Origin: Octopus vulgaris
Lineage: Eukaryota
Direction: 5' to 3'
Assembly: GCA_951406725.2 (NCBI GenBank)
Contig: OX597832.1
Location: 70,184,001-70,248,000, forward strand
Length of the DNA stretch: 64,000 nucleotides
The position numbers and the translations under genes were made by a program. The notes beneath the pieces are model-generated. The model saw only the letters and a list, made by a program, of their open reading frames with translations. It did not search any database and was not told the origin of the DNA. Positions 1 through 14,127 of the stretch are shown here, piece by piece (within the stretch, counting starts at the first letter, position 1; each line of letters begins with the position of its first letter).

Positions 1-669
1 GCTAAAATAGTTTCATTCTTGGAGAAGACACATATATTTACACAAGGATGTTCGTGGTGCTGAAGTGAAGTGTACACTAGGTGACACTGAGATCTTTAAA
101 TTACCTTATATGCCTTGATACTGTGAAGTGTTTATTCTTTTTCATTTCCAAAGCAGAATTATAGTTTAAGAACCAGTTGTAGAAGCTGCCTTTGTATATT
201 CTGCTAGGAAATCTACAGGCTTTTATGTCTCTTGGGACAGCCCTCGTTGCTTACTTCATAAGCGATTCAGATTTGCATAAATATATCAGAGAGGAATATT
301 TATTTTCTTAGATGCACTTAGCTCCCCTGCTGACCCTTCCGATAAAATCATTCGAAAACTGCCTACGGAATGCTGTTATTGGGATATAAAAACGCGTGTG
401 AGTGCGTGCATGTGCGTGTGTGCTTTAGCGTTTGTGTATTTGTGTGTGCATCCGCGTGTATGTGTATGTATGCAATTGTTAGTTTTATTTTATTATTGTT
501 ATCATCATCATCATTACCATTAATACGTAAGAGGGATAGAAAATACTGTCCTTTGCGTCTTTATTCTTCGGGTTAACTATCAAGCCTTGACAAAAGACTT
601 AAAACAGAAATTATTTTTATAAAAATATCGCACAGAGAGCAGGTCTGTATTGCATTTGTACGCCCACTT

Positions 670-1680
670 TTAATTCCCAAACGTTCTGAGTGAAAAATAT
701 GTACAAACTCTTAACTTACTAGTTTTCAGATTATTTTTCGTTGATGCTGCCCAGTCTGATTGGTCCATCTTCTTGATTATTCCTAGGCTTTCTAGTCTTT
801 CAAGTTTCTTGTTTACCTGGTCTATTGCCATAAATGGTACATTCCGTTTTGGCTTAAACACAGGTGTTGCATTTTGTTTTCCTATAATTTTTGCCTTTGT
901 TTTCGGGCAGCAGCCCATTTCCTCCAAGGAAAAATCTGGGAATAAATGTATCGTTTTTCATTTCAAATCCCCCAGCCGCATTCGAACCTTCGACTGAACT
1001 GACTATATTCCATCACAAAACACTTATAGGCGTATTCCACAATTTGAACAGTTCCATCCACTCAGTGTCGAGTAGATTTTATGTGTCGTGTCAAAATTTA
1101 CTATTTTTTCACATTATTCTGGCACTTGTAAGGTTACAGCTTGTTTTTTTCCCCCAGCTTAGCAAGAATTCTCGGTCTTACTTCTGCGTCTATTTCTGCA
1201 GTTAGCCCCCGAGTAAATATCAGACATTTGAACGTTTCTAGCGTTACTTCGTCCAGTTTGAACTTTTCGCATTCTCTGTTAACTCTGCCAACATGTGTGA
1301 TGTAGTCCTCCTCGTTGTTCTTTTCTAGCTTCAGACATTTCCAGCATGTAGTGAGCAACGAGCTTTCCTCGCTAAAACTTTTACATAATATGTCTATTAT
1401 ATCTTTAAAGTTTATGTCAGAAGGTTTTCTTTTTTTTTCTGGAGTACGTAATTGTTGTAACGCTCATGTTACAGTTTTCTTAGGACTAGACGCGTTTTTA
1501 TATAGTCGTTCCAATCTTTATTGAAGATCTGTTCGTATCTTTTATAGTACGCTTCGAATGTAACTCCTTTGTCTGGTTTATATTTAAATTCTGTTATTGA
1601 GTTTGCAACATAATCTGGTGGGTACATGCCCTTTACTGCGAACACTTTTATAAATAGCCAAACCGGCACATAACGGGGAA
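670..1680 (-). mobile_element. Ty3/Gypsy LTR-retrotransposon gag-pol relic (frameshifted, internally deleted)
   Basis: Minus-strand ORF pieces: ITEFKYKPDKGVTFEAYYKRYEQIF..DW..KTRLVLRKL and VNRECEKFKL..FKCLIFTRGL..EVRPRILAKL (Gag of the K02A2.6-like Gypsy type), and TPVFKPKRNVPF..LERLESLGIIKK..SDWAA..KLRVC (RT N-terminus). No LTRs seen. Confidence 0.8.
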
Positions 1681-1729
1681 AATACTTTGAAATTAAGGTA
1701 CCGAAGTTATTATTGTTGTTATTATTATT

Positions 1730-2316
1730 AGCTTTTCTTTATTCAATTTTGTTTCCACTTCTTGCCCAATGTCTTCCCGAAGGCTAGGGCAAAGAAACAC
1801 TGTATACATCGAGAGAACATTAAAATAAACACACCACATTGCTTATGTACAAAATTAAGTCATGGGAATAAAAAGAATAAAAAAGAACAAATAAAAAAGG
1901 CAAGAAAAGATAAAATATTACATGGGTTGTGGTCGTTCTCACACGAAATGCTCTTCTCAATGCATATGACGTACCAGTTAAGAAAATCTGCTACACGTCT
2001 TGCATGGAAGTTAAGCCAGGAATCATTCTCAAATGATTTTCAGTTCCTATTTTCATCACTCCAAGTGCTCTTACTATCACTGGTTTTGTAACCGTTTTGA
2101 GATGCCACATATTTTTCAATTATAATTAGCAAATCTATATATTTTTTGAGGTTGTCAAATTCCTTTGCCGCGATATTATGATCACAAGGAATACTCATGG
2201 CGATCAATGAATAAACTTGTTTTGATCTTTCACAACAATATCTGTATTTTTTTTAGCTTTGAAGGTGCTGTCTCTTTGTACTCTAAATCCCCAGAGTCGC
2301 TACATTTTCTCCATCA
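1730..2316 (-). mobile_element. R4/Dong-like LINE 3' fragment (RLE endonuclease tail plus 3' UTR), degraded
   Basis: Aligns by eye to 27750-28290 (e.g. ttctcaatgcatatgacgtaccagttaaga vs ttctcaatacgtgtgatgtaccagttaaga; gtcttcccgaaggctagggcaaagaaac vs gtcttcccgactcctagggcaaagaaac). Flanked by (TTA)n on both sides. Confidence 0.8.
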
Positions 2317-2323
2317 ATTATTA

Positions 2324-2399
<76 letters not shown>

Positions 2400-2465
2400 C
2401 ATTATTATTACTATTACTAATATTATTATTATTATTATTATTCATATTATTATTATTATTATTCA

Positions 2466-2511
<46 letters not shown>

Positions 2512-2620
2512 ATCAATATTCATATTATTATTATTATTATTATTATTAATATTAATATTATTATTATTGTTATTATTACTATTACTACTACTGCTCCTAC
2601 TACTACTACTGCTGCTGCTG

Positions 2621-2666
<46 letters not shown>

Positions 2667-2700
2667 AACTACTACTACTACTATAATTAATATTATTATT
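2317..2700. repeat. Compound (TTA)n/(CTA)n microsatellite
   Basis: Direct reading. Confidence 0.95.
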
Positions 2701-3180
2701 GAGTGAGAGAGCAGTGCATAGAATCAAAGTGACATTGGGGTACAAATATACGAAGCCCAGTATATCATAACTACCCGTCTGATAAGAGTATACTAAGCAC
2801 AGGCATCACAACCATATGTGCTCGACAAGGGGATCTCATATCAAGATTAACAGTTACAATTTTCTTCGTGTAGAGTAGTCCATTCTGCTCAAGAGGTCCC
2901 TGAATAAGGGTTGTTTAAGGATGTTGAACGAAACACCCATGTTTCTAGAGGTGAATTATCCAAATCCCAAAGAATTCCTCTCAACACTTGGCTATGATGC
3001 TTCCTCACTTCTGCTCGTGATCAGAGATGCACATATCTTCAGCCACTAAGGAAGAGACATGTTCAACTCGTTAAGGTCAAACAACTGACAAGCAAATCTG
3101 TGGTATTGAGCAGAATATTTGCCCATCTTTTATACCAAGACAAAACAATGTATATGATTACACTTCCAATCAGTTAAGAT
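2701..3180 (-). mobile_element. TAA-associated non-coding ~555 bp interspersed element, copy 1 (far end truncated)
   Basis: Starts gagtgagagagcagtgca immediately after (TTA)n and is collinear with 26050-26605 and 12840-13075. Strand is inferred from the conserved end. Confidence 0.8.
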
Positions 3181-3185
3181 CTATC

Positions 3186-3390
3186 TGGAGCTGATAGAAC
3201 TATTAGAACGCTTGGCAAAACGATTAGCGGCTTATTGCCCGTCGTTATCTTCTGAAATCAAATTCCACCCAAGTCGACTTGCTTTTCGTTCTTTTAGAGT
3301 CGATTAAATTACAACCAGTTGAGCACGGATCGTGTAATCGACCACTCCCCACTTCCTGCTCCAAATTGTCTGGTCTTGTGCCTATTGTAG
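3186..3390 (+). mobile_element. tRNA-derived SINE family A, diverged
   Basis: Similar to 12238-12435 (tcaaattccacc..gtcgactt..tcgattaaatt..accagttg). Confidence 0.6.
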
Positions 3391-4218
3391 GGGCAGTTTT
3401 TGGATAACAAACGCCGACACAAATACAAAGACCTACGAACATACACACACACACACACACACACACATGTATATTACGTGTGTATTTATGTGTGTGTGTA
3501 TGTATGTGGCTATGTGTGTGTGTACGCCGGGACTTTTAAACAAATTCTTTCACAATGTGCTGGTCGACAGCGAGCTACAGCAGAAGAGACTGCCGAAGAT
3601 GCCATGCATTGGGACTGAGCTCCAGAATCATTTGGTTACGAAACGAATGCTAGAAACAGATAACCGTGCCTGTTACAAATTCCCAGGATATATTATTAAT
3701 AGTTGCTTAGACCTGCCTATAAACATAGATTGCCATTTCGATGACCAGGCAACCAGAATTGAAATTCACATTTGTTTTATTTTGTTTTCTAATTTATTTA
3801 TTATTTTGTCACTAGAATCACAACCAGCACATGAGATTAACTTATGTTTCCCATTATATGTTATTTGATAAATATTCTTTTGTATGCATGTGTAGAACTA
3901 GTCTTTGATATTCTACGATTAATAACTGACTTTCCATATCTGCCGCTCATTCCCAGGAATACTGAACTATAGTTAGCTTCAGTATTTTCACGGTAATTTA
4001 TTATTGGTGGGGTTTAGTATTGTTTCACCAATTCGTACTCTCGACCTCAGTAGTGTATTCGTTACCAATCTCTAGAGAATTTCTTCGAACTTTGCAGCAT
4101 TAGATTCAAAACCAGAAGTGAAGAATTTTATCCCCCAAATATTTTGAGAATTTGTCAACACTGCATGCTTTCATTCTGCTTCAGGTTTCCATTGAATACC
4201 TAAATTCTTCAATAGTTA

Positions 4219-4297
<79 letters not shown>

Positions 4298-4314
4298 TTG
4301 TGTGTATGTGTGTG

Positions 4315-4346
<32 letters not shown>

Positions 4347-4453
4347 TCTATGTATGTATGTATGCGTGTGTGTGTGTGCGTTTGCCCTTATCACTATTTC
4401 CAATTCATTAAGCTTTATCGTGATGTTTAACTTGTTTGGCCCATTATTATTAC

Positions 4454-4504
<51 letters not shown>

Positions 4505-4759
4505 TCTTCGTATTAGTGTTGCTGTTTTGTTGTTGTTGTGGTTGTTGTTATTTCTAGTGTTGTTGTTATGATAATAATGTTGTTAAGATAACGATAGAAA
4601 TTTAAACAAATATCCCACCTGGTTAGAAGGCAATGTATATATATATATATATCACGAAATATATGCACACAGCACACATATAATATATACGTAATATACA
4701 CATACAGAGGCCTATATGTGTGTGTATGTGTATATACATACATATGAATGTATATATAT

Positions 4760-4833
<74 letters not shown>

Positions 4834-5249
4834 TATATATATACATATATACATATGTATATATATACAAATACATATATATGCACACATATAATATATA
4901 TGTAATATACACACGTGTAGCCATATATATATGTGTGTGTGTGCATGTGTGAATTCTCTCCAACTCGTTATTTCTTTTCTTCTCTTCTCTGTTATATTTG
5001 GTTTTCTTTCATTTCTTTCGCACGATATATTAACTGGATGAAATAAAGTGATAAACTTCATGCAGGAATATCTTCACAATGGCCGCCTGAATATCAAAGG
5101 TTGCATAAAATAAAAGATATATTGAATATTTTTGCTGTTTTGTGACTTTTTTTCGATCATTTCCAGAACCTTCTTATTTTGTGTTATCAGTATAGAGATG
5201 CACATTTGATATGAAAACTGTATCTGTTTCTAATCTTATTTTTATATAA

Positions 5250-5790
5250 AGGCGGTGGATTCGGCAGAATTTCGTAGAATACCTGACCAAATGGTTTCAT
5301 GTATAAAGTCACGAGAATATGTATTCTCTGTTTCGAGTTCAAAATCCGGTGAGGTTTTGAATCAGTTCTCGATAATATAAGGAAACAGCTTAGTGATTGG
5401 CTCGTATGAATCTATTCTGACAATTCCCAGAAATATATGGGAACCATCCTAAGGTTGTGGACTTGCAGAATCGTTAGAGCATCGGTAAAAATGCCTTACG
5501 TTTTTTGTTCCTGCTTTTTACATTGAGATTCCGCTAAAGCCAACATTGCTTTACATCAGGGTTCAATAAAAGGACCGGTTAATTACTGAATTTGATGTAA
5601 TCGAGTATATATTTCTCACTACATTATTGGCCACGTGTATAAATCTGAAAGCTTAATTCATGAGTACATCGTTAGAGAATAGGCGGAATCGTTGGAGAAG
5701 AGGAAAAGAAATGTTTTACATGTGTGTTCAAATCCCGCCAAAATCAACTTTAATTCTCTTTGTTCCAAGGTCGATAAAATAAAGCAGCAC
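5250..5790 (+). mobile_element. Cluster of about three diverged SINE family A heads
   Basis: ggcggtggattcggcagaat (5251), ttgcagaatcgttagagcatcgg (5463) and ggcggaatcgtt..gttcaaatcccgcc..ggtcgataaaataa (5682). Confidence 0.55.
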
Positions 5791-6110
5791 TTCAAAATTT
5801 CGGCTCTTTTACCATTGTTAGCAACAAATATTTATGCCTGTAAGAAATTGACCATTAGAACTACGACTGTGTTGAGAGAATAGGTAGTGTTAAAAGTTTT
5901 CAACGAAGGTCTATGAATACTGCAATCTAATTAGATGGAAAGCATGAAAGTTTCAGATGTAAGAAAGCTCAGAGCCGAGACATGAAAAGGTATTGTTTAT
6001 TTCTGACAGCGTCCAGCTAAAAGTGCATGGCTATTAAAATAGCATAAATTAGATTTTACCGTCACTATGCATGTGTGTGTGCGTGTGAATGCATATGTAT
6101 ATTTATATGT

Positions 6111-6157
<47 letters not shown>

Positions 6158-6483
6158 CATACAAATATATATATATATATACATATATGTGTGTGTGTGT
6201 GTTTGTTGTTAATGTTGTCTCGTTTTGTGTGTACGTGTGTATTTGTATTGGCATATATTTACAAATTAATAATACATATATACGTATCAATCTATATATA
6301 TATATATAGGTGTATGTATATATATGTATGTGTATGTATGTTTGTATATATATATACATACACACACACACATATATACATATATATATATATATAAGAA
6401 TAATAATGTAGATACAAATATTTGTAATAACCATAGGAGATTGTAAGTCTATATATCCATATGTACGTCCATATGCCCACATA

Positions 6484-7100
6484 TGAGGTGCGTTCAAAAA
6501 GCATCCGACTTTCTTTTTCCTCGCTGAAATTAATGGTGCTCTGGGAAAATCTTTTGGGTGGGAGGTTGGGAGGTGACGCTACCCTTTGTGCGAATGTGTA
6601 AAAATTTTCAGGCCGGTAAGCCGCGTAAACGTTTTGGCTGTTATGCATAGATGTGTAGTCCACGCTAGTCCGGGTTTCATTTTCACACAAGATGACCGAA
6701 CGCATCATCTGCCGGTCATAATCCGAGTCCCATCACCAGTGATGATGATCTTCATGCAGTCTGGGGCGTGGTTTACACAGTCCAGCATGTTTTGACCGAT
6801 TTCCATGCCAAGTTGCTTCTGCTGCTCCACCACATAGATGTATAAATTTCACCGACAAACTCCGCATTCACATATCCCCCTTTCAAATGGAATACACTGA
6901 TCCTGCTCTTATTTCCACTTTGTAAGCCATTTACTGGATTGTTACACGATGGTCTTTCATGACTATTCACCGATCTTTCTCAATTGGCTACGCCTTTCGG
7001 CTTGTGGATGACCTGCCTCAGCGTGCCACGGTCTCCACCGAGGTTCGTCTTCTTTGAAGTGGTTGTACCACTCCTTGATCTGAGATATGCCCATGCCAAA
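6484..7100 (-). mobile_element. mariner-family transposon relic
   Basis: TA followed by a tgaggtgcgttcaaaaag mariner-type TIR. Minus-strand remnants IKEWYNHFKE (HTH region) and KIIITGDGT (first catalytic D motif, normally TGDET). Confidence 0.65.
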
Positions 7101-7275
7101 TCTCAGATCAAGTGGATAGGACATACGCTGTGAATGTATTGAGTTGACGCTCAGTTTAAGATGGAAAGAAGAGGGGTTGTGTTAGATTTCGAGCATGGCT
7201 CGTCGGTACAGAGAGGAAAGAGGAAATTTGAAGAAGAGCGCGTGTTTATGGCTCATATATATGTATATATATATA

Positions 7276-8870
7276 CAGTTGCGGTCAAAATGTTCAGAAC
7301 GGCATTGTTTTCGTCAAAAAAGTAGGTATAAATTTTTATTAAAGTTGTTTTATATTCTATAATTTTCACAGACAATAAATACAATATTATTTGTTATTGT
7401 CTGAGATTTTGGTGTAATTTCAGAGGATAATAAAAACGTTATGGATGATTTAGTGATTTACTGCAACACCCATGGCGGCCAAAATGATCAGAACGGTTGC
7501 TTTTACTCCGTGTTTTAGTATATTTAACCGTCGAACTCTAATGTTTTCAATTTGTTTACGTGACAGTTCGTTTACTGAACATTAGTAAGAATATCTGCAG
7601 TGTACTTTGTTAATATAATGCCACTTACTCCGTTACCAATTCGTCATCAGATTATTAAGCTTCGAAAGAAGGATTATTTAAGTATTAGGTCTATTGCAAA
7701 GATTGTTAACAAGTCAAAAAGCGTTGTTCACGGTATTCTTAAGGTCTACGATGATTGTGGTTCGTGTGAAGCAAGAAATTCTACAGGTAGGCCAAGAAAA
7801 ACGACCAAGAGAGAAGATTGTGCTATGGTAAAGTTGGTTAAAAAGGACAGATTTAAAACTGCTGCTGCTGTTTTTCGGGAAATGAGCATTGTACTGAAGA
7901 AAACTTTATCTCGAAAAGGTGTGTCTCGTCCTTTAGTTGAACATGACCTACAAGCAAGAGCACCTGCAGTGAAGCCACTGATCAGCTCCAAGAATAAAAA
8001 GTGTCGTCTTACCTTTGCAACAGAACATGTGTTGTGGTCTCAAGAAAAATGGCAAACGGTGCATTTCAGTGATGAATCTAAGTCTATGTTATTTGGCTCA
8101 GATGGGAAAAGGTACGTTCGTCAAAAAGCAGGTGAATAATTGTCACCTAAATGCCTTAAGACTAGTGTTAAATTCGGTGGAGGAAGTGTCATGGTTTGGG
8201 GGATGATATCTGGGCCCTTTGCTGCGATTACATGGAAAAGTAAATGCAGGAGTTTATAAACAACTTGTAAAAGATCATGTCTTGCCTGTGCTGAGAAATT
8301 CAACTAAGCGACCACCCATATTCATACAGGACAATGCCCCATGTCACAAGGCTAAGGTGGTCATGAACTTCCTCAAGGCTGAAAAGGTTATTGCTATGGA
8401 TTGGCCTGCTCAAAGTCCAGACCTCAATCCTATTGAAAATGTGTGGAATATTCTAGGAGAACGTTTGAAAGCCAGAAATCCTAAAACTACCGAGCAATTA
8501 TGGAATGCCCTTCAGGAAGAATGGAATAAGATCAAAATAAGATAAAATTTAATTTCCCCATGCAGTCGAAAATGTCAAACTTTGATTGAAGCTAAAGGGC
8601 TTCACACTAAATATGAAATAATTACTTTTTGATTATTTTGTTATTTTTTCAACCGTTCTGATCATTTTGGCCACCATAGGTTTTTCAGTAAATCACTATA
8701 TCATCCATAACTTTTGTATTGTCCACTCAAATTTCACCATAATCTCAGACAATACCAATTAATATTGTATGTATTGTCTGTGAAAATTATAGAATATAAA
8801 ACAACTTTAATAAAAACTTATATCTACTTTTCTGACAAAAACAATGCCGTTCTGAACATTTTGACCGCAA

Positions 8871-8873
<3 letters not shown>
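7276..8873 (+). mobile_element. Tc1-family DNA transposon, full length (1598 bp), with IR/DR-type long TIRs and TA target site inside (TA)n
   Basis: TA|CAGTTGCGGTCAAAATGTTCAGAACGGCATTG ... CAATGCCGTTCTGAACATTTTGACCGCAACTG|TA. TIRs of about 225 bp carry an inner copy of the terminal motif (7474-7499 and 8650-8675). Confidence 0.97.
7618..8620 (+). pseudogene. Tc1 DD34E transposase, disrupted
   Basis: HTH, GRPRKT, FSDESK, QDNAPCH and WPAQSPDLNPIENVW motifs, with 34 aa between the second D and E. In-frame TAA at 8137-8139, frameshift near 8215 and premature stop near 8543. Confidence 0.93.
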
Positions 8874-8926
<53 letters not shown>

Positions 8927-9359
8927 TTCTCAAATTCAAATTTTATATGTTAGTAGACTGCCCATGACAAGCTGAGTCACCATAAGTTCAAGGTACTTGA
9001 AAAAAACGCGTATGTCGGAAATCCGTGGTCAGATATACGCGAAACTTGTTTTCTTTTTCTATTCACATTTCAATACCTTAATTTTAGAGCATTCTCCCAT
9101 TCTGCACCGCTTTGGTTGTATTAAATTACAGACAAGCATGCTCGCAAGGCAAGCAAGCAAGCAAACACGCAGAGAGGTTTAATAGTATATAGGTTTTTAC
9201 TCTTATATCTTGTACTATATATTTTGTATTCTGACAATTGGTGTATGAGTTATATTATTTATATTATGGTGGGTATGAATGTACTCGTATATGTTTGAGT
9301 GCATATATATGCATATTTGTATGTATATATGCTATACATACATATAAATGTGTGTGAGG

Positions 9360-9697
<338 letters not shown>

Positions 9698-9736
9698 TAA
9701 TCAATCAATCGTATATATATATATATATATATATAT

Positions 9737-10486
9737 AAAAGCTCATCAAATCTGTACCAACATGCCGAACAGGAACACGGGGGATCAATCAACAACATAG
9801 AAATTAAAATAATGTCCACACATAGAACAGATGCAGCAATCAGATAAATTACAGAAGCTACACACATAATAGAAAATAAACCTAGCCTCAAAAGAAAACT
9901 AGAATGGAACACTAGCACACACCACAACATATGACGGTAGAGGATCCCGGAAACATAATAAATACACAGATAAATAAACAAATAGAAATAAATAACTATA
10001 TATTTTTTAATTATTTTATTATTATTTTTTCGATTTATTATTAATATTACTAGTATTGTTGTTATACATACAAGCATATGTAATGATAATAATAAGTGGA
10101 TGTAAACACATGAACAAAATAAGAATAAACAAAAACAACAACAACAAAAACAAATTACATGAACGTATATAAACAGAAGATACAAATATTACAGGCATCC
10201 CCCCACACACACTTAATAAACTTAGACGCACATAGAGATATAAGCATGCGCAAATGAAGACATACAATAGAAATACAAAATGGCGGACGGTTAGTAAGGA
10301 GAGACACAAATAAGAAAGAAGAAAATAAAGGACCACTGATGCGGTCACAGGAGTGTGACGAAAGAACTCTGGCCGAAATAAGATTAAGATTAATGTAAAA
10401 ATTAAATAACACTGAAGCAAAATAACACCAAATATATAGTGCGTGTTTTTATTGGCTAAACTTGCAAAATGACCATTCCGAAATAT

Positions 10487-10490
<4 letters not shown>
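9737..10490 (+). mobile_element. Penelope-like element 3' end (GIY-YIG C-terminus plus 3' region) between (TA)n tracts
   Basis: Plus frame reads KSSSNLYQHAEQEHGGSINNIEIKIMSTHRTDAAIR*ITEATHIIENKPSLKRKLEWN. Same family as 40241-40850. Confidence 0.8.
10330..10374 (+). ncRNA. Minimal type I hammerhead ribozyme motif (variant or decayed core)
   Basis: cca-CTGATGC-g-gtcaca(ggag)tgtgac-GAAA-g(aa)CTC-tgg. Stems I and II pair, position 9 is not A. Lies downstream of a PLE endonuclease. Confidence 0.55.
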
Positions 10491-10525
<35 letters not shown>

Positions 10526-11035
10526 TGATTCATTAAAGAAACGGAGAAAAAGACAAGAGAATTACAATCACGTAAGAACGTGGCATATGCAAAGTATTGA
10601 TAAGACACTCATTGAAGGAAAGGGTGAATGTTTTACCTTTCGAGCATAGCTCTTCTTCGGAAAAAAGGGGACATAGGAAAGTCGAAACGAAAAAGCTCGC
10701 CAAGAGTCCACGTGCAGTTACAAATGACCGGAAATAGATGGACAACAAGAAAGTGTTTTCTGGGACAGGATAGTGTGAAGAATGGTAAGTATTTGTGTGT
10801 ATGTGTGTGTGTGTGCGTGTGTGTGTAGTGGCATGTGTGTTTGCTAGTAACCGAGTGTGTATGTGTCTATGTGTGGGGGCGTGGTAGCGTGTGTACATGT
10901 TGTGGTAATTGTGTATTGTTCTTCATATGTATATCTTGAATGAGTCGCTAATTGTTTCTCTATACTTGAATGAGTGGAGTAGCTCGTGGAAGAAGTAGAA
11001 ACAGAAATATACATACATACATACATATATATATA

Positions 11036-11370
11036 TACATTATATAAAAGGGCTTAGTAAAATAAATTACTTTGCCACATACTGAACTCATTAGAAATAG
11101 CAGCTAAAAAAACTTTTTTAAAACTATTTCTAATACTTAAAGAAAATCTTAAAGAAAATCTTTCTTTAAGTATTAGAAATAGTTTTTAAAAAGTTTTTTT
11201 AGCTGCTATTTCTAATGAGTTCAGTATGTGGCAAAGTAATTTATTTTACTAAGCCCTTTTATATAATGTAATAATTTGAATTCGCCTTAAATGGTCCCTT
11301 TACATACTGAACACTTGGTGAAATTGATTAATAATTAATTAATTAATTTTACCCTCAATTGTTGAAATTA
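11036..11370. repeat. Palindromic PLE-terminus-like insert: 110 bp inverted arms (11036-11145 / 11161-11270) between (TA)n tracts
   Basis: The arms appear to be perfect reverse complements. The 15 bp spacer duplicates the arm end. The 3' end aattttaccctcaatt resembles the termini at 38350, 59700 and 60230. Confidence 0.85.
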
Positions 11371-11383
11371 TATATATATATAC

Positions 11384-11424
<41 letters not shown>

Positions 11425-11428
11425 TATA

Positions 11429-11517
<89 letters not shown>

Positions 11518-11676
11518 GCATATATATATTTATATATCGAACTCTCTCATGCACCAAATGGCAATTGCTAAAAAGCATTCGTGAAGTAAAATCATGTAGC
11601 AACACAAAATGGCGGTGCCCCAGCATAGCCACAGCTTGTGAGCTGAAACTAGATAAAAAAAAAATAAATTAAATAA

Positions 11677-11722
<46 letters not shown>

Positions 11723-11957
11723 ACACATGCGCACGTGCACGTAAAAAAGCACGCAGACAGAGCTACACAAACAGCTCAGAAGATAGATGCAATCAAAAAG
11801 CTGTGACTGATGAAGTTCATAATATAGCCATTGTTATTTTTTTTTCTGTGTCATCTCATTTTCTTATAACCGCTCTTTACTCATCTAACACTTTGTTCTG
11901 AAACATGCGTGTATTGCGTTCTACACCAACTTACTAGTCTCGCAAAGTATAAACGAA

Positions 11958-11999
<42 letters not shown>

Positions 12000-12022
12000 T
12001 CTTTTGTATTTTGTCTCTCTCA

Positions 12023-12060
<38 letters not shown>

Positions 12061-12237
12061 TGAGAGAGACAAGAGACAAGAGACAAAAGAAGAGAGACAA
12101 ACAAAAGAGAGAGTGAGACAGACAAAGAGAATGATATGAACATATGTTCTTTTATACCCTGCCTATGACCACGAAGGATTATCAACCACACTGATCAGTG
12201 TTTAGATCTTATTTCTGCTTGAATAATAATTTATTAA

Positions 12238-12435
12238 GGCGGTGAGCTGGCAGAAACGTTAGCACGCCGGGCGAAATGCTTTGCGGTGTTTTGTCTGTCT
12301 TTACGTTCTGAATTCAAATTCCACAGTGGTCGACTTTGCTTTTCATCCATTCGGGATCGATAAATTAAGTACCAGTTGCATACTGAGGTTGATCTAATCG
12401 AAATTTCGGGGCTTTTGCCTAGAGTAGAAAAGAAT
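12238..12435 (+). mobile_element. tRNA-derived SINE family A
   Basis: ggcggtgagctggcagaaacgttagc (A-box-like) and gaattcaaattcc (B-box-like). Several diverged copies occur in the window. Confidence 0.75.
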
Positions 12436-12839
12436 AGTAATGATTGATTTCAGGAGATCGTTTCCTTTCTGTTAATATAAAAATATTAACATACGGTGAT
12501 ATATATTTTTATGTTTTAACCTAGTTTTTCTATCATTAAATAGGAATTTTCATATAAGAAAAAAATGCTGAGGCGAAAGATCATAGGAAATATAGATTTC
12601 AGTATGTCAGATATGTGTGGTAGAAATGTTCTAAATTTCTTAAAATGGCATCAGCAAATAAGGTTAAAGATTTTGTCTGCGAGCTTTGATCGTTCAAAGA
12701 ACAAACATCAAAGCGAAAACTCATACGAAAATAGTAATGAATTTAAATTTCAAAACAGATATCCAAACCAATTAATTTTGTTAGGAACTATCAAACATGT
12801 AGGCTTCGGTTATGATGGCTTTGTAACATCTTTAAAGAA

Positions 12840-13075
12840 CCCTTATTCAGGGACCTTTTGAGTGGGATGGGCTACTCGACCAGAAGAAAATTCTAAATGG
12901 GCACCACCTGCAATCATGCGCTGTTTATCTTGATATAAGATCACCATGTCGCGCACATGGTTGTGATGCATGTGCCTGGTGTACCCTTATCAGACGGGTA
13001 GTCATGATGGGTATACAGGGTTTCGTATATTTTACCCCCAGTGTCACTTCGATGGCATGCACTGCTCTCTCACTC
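12840..13075 (+). mobile_element. TAA-associated non-coding element, copy 2 (5' truncated), followed by (TAA)n
   Basis: Reverse complement of 26050-26285. Ends gcactgctctctcactc|aataataat. Confidence 0.85.
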
Positions 13076-13115
13076 AATAATAATAATAATAATAATAATA
13101 ATAATCATAGTAATG

Positions 13116-13189
<74 letters not shown>

Positions 13190-13210
13190 AATAATGATAA
13201 TAATATTAAC

Positions 13211-13254
<44 letters not shown>

Positions 13255-13421
13255 TAACAACAACAACAACAACAACAAAAACAACAACAACAATAACAAC
13301 AATAACAACAATAACAATAATAACAATAATAATAATAATAATAATAACAATAATAACAATTATAATAATAATGATGATGATGATGATGATGATGGAGGAG
13401 GAGGAGGAGGATAATAATAAT

Positions 13422-13462
<41 letters not shown>

Positions 13463-13467
13463 TAATA
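13076..13467. repeat. (TAA)n/(CAA)n/(GAT)n compound microsatellite
   Basis: Direct reading. Confidence 0.95.
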
Positions 13468-13691
13468 GGGAATATGATTCCAAATGGGAAAAATTCAATT
13501 TAGTAATACTAAATCAAATTTCACAATATATAGTACATGTATATAAATTAGAGAAGAACCACCATGTAGCACTTCAACAATGATATAATTAAATAATACC
13601 ATAATGTAAAAAATTAAAGATACGATAAAACATTTACCTAAAACTAAATAAAGTACTAAATAATAAATAGTATAGCATTAGTAATTATATA

Positions 13692-13852
13692 ACGCAGGAG
13701 TGGCTGTGTGGTAAGTAGCTTGTTTACCAACCACATGGTTTCGGGTTCAGTCCCACTGCGTGGCACTTTGGGCAAGTGTCTTCTACCATAGCCTCGGGCC
13801 GACCAAAGCCTTGTGAGTGGATTTGGTAGACGGAAACTGAAAGAAGCCCGTC

Positions 13853-13909
<57 letters not shown>

Positions 13910-14127
13910 TGTGTGTTTGTGTGTCTGTGTTTGTCCCCATAGCATTGCTTGACAACCGATGCTGGTGTTTTTATGTCCCCGTTACTTAGCGGTTCGGCAA
14001 AAGAGACCGATAGAATAAGTACTGGGCTTACAAAAGAATAAGTCCCGGGGTCGAGTTGCTCGATTAAAGGCGGTGCTCCAGCATGGCCGCAGTCAAATGA
14101 CTGAAACAAGTAAAAGAGTAAAAGAGT
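13692..14127 (+). mobile_element. tRNA-derived SINE family B with internal (TA)n/(TG)n
   Basis: tggctgtgtggtaag (A box), gggttcagtccc (B box) and a gtaaaaga tail repeat. A full copy with the same internal microsatellite is at 58235-58628 (-). Confidence 0.85.

Noticed and set aside
2165-2745. Long poly-L/N/I and YI/CV/HT-repeat ORFs here and throughout the track
   Set aside because: They are translations of stop-free microsatellite frames and give no evidence of coding.
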